Shown: piece after piece, positions 18,369 to 26,063 of the stretch
How positions within the stretch are numbered: position 1 is the stretch's first letter
Layout of the letters: every line of letters starts with the position of its first letter
Sequence record: DRR723986_7470
Direction: 5' to 3' (one strand)
Length of the DNA stretch: 48,451 bases
Translations under genes and position numbers: made by a program
Notes under the pieces: model-generated
Told to the model about the DNA's origin: nothing
Database searches by the model: none
The model's input: the letters and a program-made list of their open reading frames with translations, nothing else

Positions 18369-20464
18369 ACGGACACCCGGTTATCGATAGTGGGATCAAC
18401 TTCCAGCGCACTCATTTCATCTTCGCCATACACCCTGCGCGCACTGTTGATATGCTCGACCTCGGCCCCGCCCTTAGCAGTCAACGGCGTGAGCTTGGCG
18501 TCTTCGGGGATACGGAACTGGCTGAGGTTCTCGGCCACATCGCGCATGGAGGCCTGCAGCTGCGACACGCCCAGCTGGGTGAATTCGCTGTATTCGCTGA
18601 TATCGACATTGCGCTCGCGGATTTCCGCCATCGAGTTGTTCATGTGCTGGGCACTGACGGCCGACTGGGCAGCCGCCTCGTCTACCGAGCGAACAATTGA
18701 ACTGATAGCGGTGGAACCCTCGTTAATATCTTCCAGCGCACTATCCAGACGTTCGATGTACTCGAGAATGGTGACCACGGTACCCACCGTGTTTTCCATG
18801 CTCTCCATATTTTCAGCCGACATGTTCTGCAACATGCGTACCTCGGAGATAATCTTGCGACCTTCTTCCTCAGCCTCGCGCAGTAAGTCACCGATCGCCT
18901 CGGCGATGCCCAGGAAGGGGCGGCCATACTCACCGGCCTTTTCGGCCTCGATGCGGGTGTTGATTGCAACGACCGAAATCTTGGTATTCAGTGCCTGGAT
19001 GTATTCAGCGGCATTGGTGACCGACTGGATAAGCTCGCCCTGGCGTTTCGCTGATTTGGACGTCTCCTGAACAGATTCACGTACATCAGCAGAGGCTTTC
19101 GACATATCCTTGGTCAGTTCATAACCGCGAGCGACACGGGCGCGATTCTGTTCAGAAGCCTTGGCCGCTTCCGCGGTCGAATGTTTGATCTCCTCACTGG
19201 TGCGGACCATTTCGGTTGCCGCAGTAGTTGACTCAACTACCGACCGGGTCAGCTGCTTACCTTTCTCAACCTGACCGCGGGCGGTCTTGCCGATCTTGCT
19301 GATTTCCTCGATCGATACTTCAAACGGTGTGCGAATATTGCGAATCAATTCCCGCTGGCGCTCGGTAGAAACATTGATCTCGTGGGCGATATCTTTGGTC
19401 AGCTCATTGTCTTCCGGCACATGTACCGTCAGGTCACCCTCTGAAATCTGGACCAATGCCCGGTTGATTTCTGCGACACCCGCCTCAGTGTTTACCACCC
19501 GACGACGCTGGCCGCGAAACATGATCACCAGCAGGCCAACGGCCAGCAGGGCCGGCGCGCCAAACAGGGTCATCAGCGTGCCACGGTCAAACATACGGGC
19601 ATTGTTGAGCCGGTCCAGGGCAGGGCCCGCCGCGGAGATCGCATCCGCCAGTTCCGGGCTGGATGCCACAATCTGCTCCCGGGCGCTGGCAGCCTCCACC
19701 ATCTGGGCGGAAGCACCCGCAATCTGGTCAATAGAGCGGGAAATCGTGGAGAACAGTTGGGACGCTTTGCTGATTGAGTCCAGAGCGTCCGGGTCGCGCA
19801 GACGCTCGACACCCATTAACCGGTTCCCGTTCTTCAGTGCCTCGACGATACGGTTGAAGCCGGCGGCGTCCTGGCGGAATTCGTCAGCAGCAGCCTGCGC
19901 CTGCTCGCCACCTTCAAGTATCTTGTCAATATTGCGGGCAATGCGCTCGGTCAGCCACAGGGTCTTCTGTGCCACGGCCACCGTGTCAGCAGAGACTTTC
20001 TCATCCCGGAGAATATCAACCACTGCTGCAAACTCGCTCTGGATCGGGCGGATGTTTTTCTCCAGCTCACCGGAGACACCGTGGATAAAGACAATGCCGG
20101 GACCAGCCTGGGTCAGGGTCTCCGCGCCACGCTTGACCGGTTGCCACAGGGCCTGGATCTCAGCGACCTGGTCGTCTATTCCGGCGCCCTGCATGCTGCC
20201 CAGCAACAAGTCGAACTCACCCACCTGCTGCTCGAGGCTGCGGAAGTTAGCGGAGTCGCCGGCCGACGTTTCCCGCGCATTAACCAGGATTTGCTGTTGC
20301 AGAAGCCGCATGTCGTTCGCGAGTACGCGGTATTCACTTTCCTGGCCGGCTTCCTGCTGGACCATAAAGAAGGTGTAGAAAACACCGCCCAGGCAGGCCA
20401 GGATCCCAAGTGTAATAACGCTCACCCAGAATGAAGATGCGCCGCTTTTGATTGCTTTAGCCAT
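18365..20464 (-). CDS. Methyl-accepting chemotaxis protein (PilJ-like)
   Basis: Two TM segments flanking a helical periplasmic domain, HAMP-like EGDLTVHVP, and signalling hairpin AINTRIEAEKAGEYGRPF. ATG 20464 with GAGG RBS preferred. Confidence 0.88.
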   Translation of the reverse strand: MAKAIKSGASSFWVSVITLGILACLGGVFYTFFMVQQEAGQESEYRVLANDMRLLQQQILVNARETSAGDSANFRSLEQQVGEFDLLLGSMQGAGIDDQVAEIQALWQPVKRGAETLTQAGPGIVFIHGVSGELEKNIRPIQSEFAAVVDILRDEKVSADTVAVAQKTLWLTERIARNIDKILEGGEQAQAAADEFRQDAAGFNRIVEALKNGNRLMGVERLRDPDALDSISKASQLFSTISRSIDQIAGASAQMVEAASAREQIVASSPELADAISAAGPALDRLNNARMFDRGTLMTLFGAPALLAVGLLVIMFRGQRRRVVNTEAGVAEINRALVQISEGDLTVHVPEDNELTKDIAHEINVSTERQRELIRNIRTPFEVSIEEISKIGKTARGQVEKGKQLTRSVVESTTAATEMVRTSEEIKHSTAEAAKASEQNRARVARGYELTKDMSKASADVRESVQETSKSAKRQGELIQSVTNAAEYIQALNTKISVVAINTRIEAEKAGEYGRPFLGIAEAIGDLLREAEEEGRKIISEVRMLQNMSAENMESMENTVGTVVTILEYIERLDSALEDINEGSTAISSIVRSVDEAAAQSAVSAQHMNNSMAEIRERNVDISEYSEFTQLGVSQLQASMRDVAENLSQFRIPEDAKLTPLTAKGGAEVEHINSARRVYGEDEMSALEVDPTIDNRVSV

Positions 20465-21020
20465 CACCCAAATCCTCATCACTTTCTGCTACGGCGATTG
20501 CGGCATCAGCCAACTCGCCCTCTTTTACCAGTTTGTCCAGATCCAACACCGCCAGGAATTCTTCCCCATGGGAAAATCCACCCAGGGTAAAACCCGCGAC
20601 TGCAGGATCTGCTTCCCGATTCATGTCCCGCTCATCCAGCGGAAATTTCATGCTGCGCCTTACCTCGCTCAAGGTAAGCGCGAAGTGAACACCGGGGCGG
20701 CGAACTACCATGCAGTAATCCCTGACCCGTCCCGTATAGGGTTCAGCGCGCAACAGCGCGTCGCCGCTCATAACCGGGATCAACCCGCCGCGATGGGTAG
20801 CCAGCCCCATAACCCAGGGTCGGGTTCCGGGGATAGGCGTCACCGCCGGTGTCTCAATAATTTCATCCAGCTCGCCTTCACCAACCAGCAGGGGAATGCC
20901 GGCAATCGCCAGCGCAGTCCCCGCCCAGTACATGACGTAGTCCTGCTCTTTGGGAGGCGATACCGCCGCAGTGGCAAAGCGCTGCTGCAGAGCGGTGAGC
21001 GTGTCCATGGCAAGGGTCAT
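20457..21020 (-). CDS. CheW-like protein (PilI-like)
   Basis: EII...TPIPGTRPWVMGLATHRGGLIPV is typical of PilI. Lies between the pilG-like and MCP genes. Confidence 0.88.
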   Translation of the reverse strand: MTLAMDTLTALQQRFATAAVSPPKEQDYVMYWAGTALAIAGIPLLVGEGELDEIIETPAVTPIPGTRPWVMGLATHRGGLIPVMSGDALLRAEPYTGRVRDYCMVVRRPGVHFALTLSEVRRSMKFPLDERDMNREADPAVAGFTLGGFSHGEEFLAVLDLDKLVKEGELADAAIAVAESDEDLGDG

Positions 21021-21025
21021 CGTCT

Positions 21026-21436
21026 TCAGGCCGCCTTGTCTGCGCCCGTATAGTTGAAGATGAGCTGACGCAATACGCTTTCCGGGGGAATCTTCGTAAC
21101 GTGCGCCGTTGCACCCCGCGCCTGGCCCTTGGCGATATCAAAAATGCCATCCGAGGAGGACAGCATGACTACCGGCGTGTTGCGGGTGTCTTCCGCGTTC
21201 CGAATAAGCGTGCAGGTCTGGTAGCCGTCAAGTTCAGGCATAGTGATATCGAGGAAGATCAGGTCCGGCTTGAAGCGTCGCAACATACCCAACGCCTTGT
21301 AGCCGTCCTCTGCACACTCGACTTCACAGCCCATGCCCTTGAGCGTATGGGACATCATCATGCGAATGGTTTTCGCATCATCGATGACGGCGACCTTGAC
21401 GCCGCTCACATCCATTTCCTGGTTTTGATCTGTCAT
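21026..21436 (-). CDS. Single-domain response regulator (PilG-like)
   Basis: KVAVIDDAKTIR, FLDITMPELDGYQTCTLI and PVVMLSSSDGIFDIAKG closely follow the PilG pattern. AG-rich RBS before ATG 21436. Confidence 0.88.
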   Translation of the reverse strand: MTDQNQEMDVSGVKVAVIDDAKTIRMMMSHTLKGMGCEVECAEDGYKALGMLRRFKPDLIFLDITMPELDGYQTCTLIRNAEDTRNTPVVMLSSSDGIFDIAKGQARGATAHVTKIPPESVLRQLIFNYTGADKAA

Positions 21437-21581
21437 GTTCACCCTCTCTCTTACCTTCGCCGACAAACGGCGCAACCATGGAAGTCGATTGCAGTATTTG
21501 GAGAGCGCGCTTTTGCTTCAAGGAAAAACCCGAGTTTTCCAAAGAATCTGGAGTTTTCGAATTCGGAGAAAAGTCAGGAAA

Positions 21582-22505
21582 TTACTTGCGACTGGCGGGA
21601 ACAGGCTCGCCGGGGAAGAGGAGGTGCAAGGCGGACGCCAGCTGTTCCGGTGTGCCACTTCGACTGACTTGTCCAGTGGCGAGTGCCGCCATGGGCATAC
21701 CGGCACAGACCGCGCTATCCGGATCCTGTATCCAGGCGCGTCCACCGGCCGCCACCAGCTGTGCCAGGGCCGCACTACCATCGTCACCCATGCCGCTGAA
21801 CAGGATAACCCCGGGCGCGGGCAGACCGGATGCGGCCAGCGTCGCGATCACTGCATTTATATCAGGCGCATGGCGGTCGCCCCAACCGAGTCCCAGCACC
21901 GACAGCCGCGCCGAGTCATCCAGGGTGATCCTGTGCCTGGGGGGAACAATAAACAGGTGGCCGGGGCGCAAGGTCTCGCCGCCACCTGGAATCGACATCG
22001 AAAAGAGCGGGTTCTCCGGGCCGAGCTGCTCAAGCTGTTCCTGATGATCCGGGTCGTAGTGCTGGGCATACAGGAAGGACACGGGCGGCACACGGGCAAA
22101 GGCATTGAGGAAAGCCTGTACGGCTCCGGTCGCTCCGGCGGATCCGGCCAACAGCCAGACCGGGAAGGGCCCGGATGACGGTGTGTCGTCGGCGCCAGCG
22201 AGCTCGAGCAAGCGCTGGGCCAGCAGTTGAGCCCAGGCATCCAGCGCCGCCGGATCCCGGCTGTCAGGCAGCACATCGAGAGCCAGCAGGCGTGCACCGC
22301 TGGCCCGCAGCTCTGTCAGGTAGTCCTCAGCGGAATCATCACACGCCCAAACCCGGCAGTGACCCTCACGCAGCAACACCAGCAACATTGAACGGGAGGA
22401 GGCGATTTCAGCCCTGCAACCTGCCCCCTTCAGCGCCCGAGAGAGGCTAAGTGCACAGGCTGGCGGCAGAGCCAGCCCGACGGTCAGGGCCCCGCGGTCA
22501 GTCAC
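21582..22505 (-). CDS. CheB-type methylesterase (ChpB-like)
   Basis: Catalytic triad motifs WLLAGSAG, YAQH and FSGMGDDG; also WIQDPDSAVCAGMP. N-terminal region is a degenerate receiver-like domain. Confidence 0.85.
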   Translation of the reverse strand: MTDRGALTVGLALPPACALSLSRALKGAGCRAEIASSRSMLLVLLREGHCRVWACDDSAEDYLTELRASGARLLALDVLPDSRDPAALDAWAQLLAQRLLELAGADDTPSSGPFPVWLLAGSAGATGAVQAFLNAFARVPPVSFLYAQHYDPDHQEQLEQLGPENPLFSMSIPGGGETLRPGHLFIVPPRHRITLDDSARLSVLGLGWGDRHAPDINAVIATLAASGLPAPGVILFSGMGDDGSAALAQLVAAGGRAWIQDPDSAVCAGMPMAALATGQVSRSGTPEQLASALHLLFPGEPVPASRK

Positions 22506-23109
22506 CGGGGAACAGGAAGTTCCGGAACGGTTCGAGGTGACCCGGCTGGAAGTCCTTAAGCTCGTAGATATTGAACTTGTGCATCAACGAGAGGCAGCGC
22601 TGGAAGACCCGGTCCGCATCGTAGGCAGAGGGCGGAATCTGGTACTTATCGGTAATCTGGGCAAATATCATTGAGGCGATCTTGCGGCGGGTCTCGTCGT
22701 CCCGATACATCACCTGGTCCACAGGCGATGGCACAATGGGCGCACCGTAGATGAGGAATGCCTCCCAGCGCCTTGGGTCTCGCGCATCCGGCAGTTGCGC
22801 CACCAGGAAGCGCACCATATTGCGCAGATCCAGCCGGGGCGGCAGCACGTCCCGCTGCAGCCAGTCCCGGACGTCACTTTCCCGCCAGTTCCTGTTGATG
22901 GCGAGAATACTGAGGATCCTGCCCTCGGTCTGGGGTGGGGCAGCCCCGGCCAGATCCCAGAGCAGATTCAGCCGGGCGGAAAAGCCGAGGCTGGTCGGCA
23001 GCTCTTCCAGGGCCAGCAGCTGGAATTCGGCCGCGTAGTCATCCACAGATTTGGGGAGGGTCGGGACTCCGATCTCAGGCTGTTCCGTCTTTCTCGTTTT
23101 CCTGGTCAC
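22498..23109 (-). CDS. Hypothetical protein with a probable Cro/CI-like HTH N-terminal domain
   Basis: FSARLNLLWDLAG...EGR...SDVRDWL...LP resembles repressor-type HTH domains. Overlaps both neighbours. Confidence 0.6.
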   Translation of the reverse strand: MTRKTRKTEQPEIGVPTLPKSVDDYAAEFQLLALEELPTSLGFSARLNLLWDLAGAAPPQTEGRILSILAINRNWRESDVRDWLQRDVLPPRLDLRNMVRFLVAQLPDARDPRRWEAFLIYGAPIVPSPVDQVMYRDDETRRKIASMIFAQITDKYQIPPSAYDADRVFQRCLSLMHKFNIYELKDFQPGHLEPFRNFLFPGD

Positions 23110-24413
23110 CCGCGCTCTCCCTCTGTGGTCGACAGCTGCTTGATCCGCTTGTTGTAAGTGGGTACTGACACACCTGCTATGTCAGCTTTTATAAGGGTTG
23201 GTACGCTTTTGTCCAGGCGCTGAAGGTGGGCAAGCAAGGTGTTTTCCAGCTGCAACAGGGGGGATGGGCCGCCCAGCGCCGCACCTCTAACCCATTCCCG
23301 GATCAGCCGCGCCGGCTCCCGCCAATGCTGGTTTGCCGCCCGCACCGCCGCGCGATCCTCGATTTTTGGCAACCAGCGGCCAATATTGCGCGACGGTGTC
23401 TGGAGAAACTCTGCTACCCGTGGCTGCTCCATCTTATAGCGATCGCCCGCGGCCAGAACCAGTTCATCCTGCAGCCAGGTGCCCAGCGGCCAGGGTGTTT
23501 CATCCTCGACTGCCAGCTGCAACACTTCGGCCAGCGCCGCTTCCAACTCCTCGAACGCCGTCGGTATATAGGTTTCCAGCTCGCCCTGGGGGCTATCCAG
23601 CACTTCCAGAAAATTTTCCAGCAGGGACGACATGCCCCCGTCGGTATCCAGGGGCACCCTGAGTCCGAGATCCGCCGGGGTGAGCCATTGACGACCACCC
23701 TGGTCCAGGGCCGAGCAGACCCGTTCGCGAACCTCGGTGATATTGCCGGGCCACTTATGGGCCAGCATGGCCCGCTCCGCCTCTGGAGTGAATCCCTTGA
23801 CTGACCTGCCGCGGGACAGCGCTTCCTGGTTCAATATCTTCTCGGCCCAACGCAACACAGCCCGACCCCGCTCCCGCAGAGGCGGAACCTGGATAGGGTA
23901 GCCGGCGAAGCAGCTGGCCAGGCGCTCTTCAAGGGCCTGCGTGGCGACCAAGCTTTCGAGCCGGTCGGGAAACAGGGCGATGAGACGCACGCGAGGCAGG
24001 TAGCGGGGCGGCCGGGCACCGATAAAGGTGCGAGTGCTGATCATTCTGGCCAGCTTGCCCTGGGTTTCCGGGTGCATCAGCTGGGGTGACTTGAACACCA
24101 GGGTTTTCCCCTCGGCCTGGTCGAGCAGTTCGCAGATCCGGCGGAAGGCCTGTTCGCGGCTGCGAAATTCCCGACAATCTATGAGCTGCAGAGCGTCCGG
24201 AGCGCCGCCACCGGCATCGTGAACTATTTTGGCGATATACATCTTGCCCGTTCCACGGGCACCGATCACCGCAACCGGCACATCAACGGCCGCCAGGAAT
24301 ATTGCCTGGTCGACCGCTCCTTCCATGCTGTCGACGACGTAACCGCCGGCGTTGTTGTCCAGGCCACCGGCTTGAGCCGGGCCTGGAACCGGGCCGGGTG
24401 TGTCACCAGCCAT
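23106..24413 (-). CDS. Degenerate sigma54-interaction (bEBP-like AAA+) protein
   Basis: Walker A GARGTGK, IQVPPLRER, HKWPGNITE. No GAFTGA loop; Walker B position reads LVFKSP. Start is ATG 24413 or GTG 24419, with an in-frame stop at 24441-24443 upstream. Confidence 0.8.
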   Translation of the reverse strand: MAGDTPGPVPGPAQAGGLDNNAGGYVVDSMEGAVDQAIFLAAVDVPVAVIGARGTGKMYIAKIVHDAGGGAPDALQLIDCREFRSREQAFRRICELLDQAEGKTLVFKSPQLMHPETQGKLARMISTRTFIGARPPRYLPRVRLIALFPDRLESLVATQALEERLASCFAGYPIQVPPLRERGRAVLRWAEKILNQEALSRGRSVKGFTPEAERAMLAHKWPGNITEVRERVCSALDQGGRQWLTPADLGLRVPLDTDGGMSSLLENFLEVLDSPQGELETYIPTAFEELEAALAEVLQLAVEDETPWPLGTWLQDELVLAAGDRYKMEQPRVAEFLQTPSRNIGRWLPKIEDRAAVRAANQHWREPARLIREWVRGAALGGPSPLLQLENTLLAHLQRLDKSVPTLIKADIAGVSVPTYNKRIKQLSTTEGERG

Positions 24414-24512
24414 GGCCACTGCCCCAACGCACGCAGTCGATCATAAAACCCGTGTTGAATTGCAGGTCAGGTGGCCAAACCGACATCGCCAGGCTATTGA
24501 TTCCGCGATGTA

Positions 24513-24529
24513 TTATCAAACTTTGATAA
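24513..24529. promoter_or_regulatory. Perfect 17-bp palindrome (candidate operator)
   Basis: TTATCAAA-C-TTTGATAA, about 100 bp upstream of the first gene of the chemosensory operon. Confidence 0.55.
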
Positions 24530-24653
24530 ACATACAAGAGTGCCGATTCCCTCTGGCAGACAGCTCAAACCCGGACCGTACCAGGCTAGCCGGTAAACCA
24601 ATTTACTATAAAAGTCCTGACCGGGACCACGCTCTCAGAACAGGCCTATCCCA

Positions 24654-25646
24654 TCACCCCATTCTCTCCATTTCGCGAAAGCGCCCCGGGGTCACCGCAG
24701 TCCAGCTTTTGAACGCACGGTTAAACGCACTCTGGTCCGAATAGCCAAGCAGGAGCGGGATCTCAGACAGCACCAGGGAGGTGCGGACGAGGTATCGTCG
24801 CGCCAGCTGCTCTCGAACTGCGTCCAGCAGGACCTGGTAAGAAAGGTCATAGTTGCCCAATCGGCGTTGTAAGGTCCTCGTCGACAGGTTCATCCCGGAT
24901 GCAACTTTCGGCAGGGTCGCACCACCTTCCGGTATCGACTTCAGTAACACCGATTGCAAGCGCTTCAAAAAGGGGTCGTCTGCACCCGCTACGCAGGAAA
25001 AAGCGTAATGCTGGTGCTGGCGCATGGCCTGATAGTTCTCCGGCAGTGCAGCGAAGATAGGCCGTTGAATCGCGGTCCCATCAAAGGTCAGTCCGGGGTA
25101 TTTCGAATTGAAGCTTACCGGGCAATCAAAGAATCGCTCGAAGGGAGCGATGTCCTCGGGTTCCTCGCCTGTCAGCTCAACTGCCAACAGCTCGCAACTA
25201 CCGGGGAATCGCTGCCGGAGAAAGGTTATCAGCGCCGTCAGGCCAACCTGCACAAACGACGCGTTTTCGTTACCCAGTTGATCAGGCCAGGCCAGCTTCC
25301 AGCCCGGGCCGACCACCGATAGCTCGGCAAAATTTACGCCGTAAAAATGACGCTCGCAGAGCAGATAGGTCTGCAATGCATCGGCAACGTTGTCGCTGTT
25401 CAACAACAGGTATCCCAACACACCGGCATGCCTTACCTGAACCTCAGAGCCAATCTGCAGCCCAACGGGCTGCCCGGGGGATAGGGCTTCCGCTCTCGCC
25501 AGCAGCGCGCGCCAATCCTCAACACTCACGGTTTCTTGTTGCGACAGAAGGGCCAGCCTGGTCTCCAGGTCCTGGCAGACGATGTTATGCCGCACCATCC
25601 ACAAATGGAGGATCTGGCTAAAACTGCCCGATATGCGAATCAACAT
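24654..25646 (-). CDS. AraC-family transcriptional regulator (OruR/VqsM-like N-terminal domain)
   Basis: GLQIG...HAGVLGYLLLNS, FFDCPVSF, and HTH region VASGMNLSTRTLQRRL...LGYSDQSAFNRAFKSWTAVTPGRFR. Confidence 0.93.
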   Translation of the reverse strand: MLIRISGSFSQILHLWMVRHNIVCQDLETRLALLSQQETVSVEDWRALLARAEALSPGQPVGLQIGSEVQVRHAGVLGYLLLNSDNVADALQTYLLCERHFYGVNFAELSVVGPGWKLAWPDQLGNENASFVQVGLTALITFLRQRFPGSCELLAVELTGEEPEDIAPFERFFDCPVSFNSKYPGLTFDGTAIQRPIFAALPENYQAMRQHQHYAFSCVAGADDPFLKRLQSVLLKSIPEGGATLPKVASGMNLSTRTLQRRLGNYDLSYQVLLDAVREQLARRYLVRTSLVLSEIPLLLGYSDQSAFNRAFKSWTAVTPGRFREMERMG

Positions 25647-25658
25647 GTGGTCATCGGT

Positions 25659-25698
25659 GTTGGCGTAATATGTATATAGGTTGGCGTAATATGTCTAT
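25659..25698. repeat. Tandem direct repeat with 21-bp period (candidate AraC-family operator)
   Basis: GTTGGCGTAATATGT at 25659-25673 and 25680-25694; extends to 19 bp with one mismatch. Confidence 0.7.
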
Positions 25699-25757
25699 TT
25701 CAGCCAGGAGACTCTACCTAATATCGGCCGTGAACGCAGCAACCGGTAATCACGCCT

Positions 25758-26063
25758 ATGTCTTTCAGCATAAGTCCCAGCGGCCAAGCCCGTGGCGCCA
25801 GCGTATGCGGCATCGATCTAGGCAAGGCGCTGGAAAGAGCCCAGGTCGCGAGGATTCGCGAGGCCTGGGTAGAACACGGGGTGCTCGTCTTTCCCGATCA
25901 GCACATTAACGACGATGACCTGGAGCGCTTCCAGTGTCGACACCAGTGGTCGAGCAATATGCTGCTTATGTGGGACAACCGCTCAGTACTGCACCGTGCA
26001 ACCGGAGGCTACGAGAGGTTCGATCGTCTTTTATACCGAACCACCATTGCTAGCGCTGCATGA
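25758..26063 (+). pseudogene. TauD/TfdA dioxygenase remnant with a large in-frame internal deletion
   Basis: TauD N-terminus (GASVCGIDL...IREAWVEHGVLVFPDQ) is joined directly to the TauD C-terminus (RHQW...WDNRSVLHRATG...RLLYRTT). The HxD motif region is absent. Only 101 aa. Confidence 0.85.

Noticed and set aside
24460-24480. Possible sigma54 promoter (minus strand TTTGGCCACCTGACCTGCA) upstream of the bEBP-like gene
   Set aside because: Spacing is GG-N11-GC, not the strictly required GG-N10-GC.
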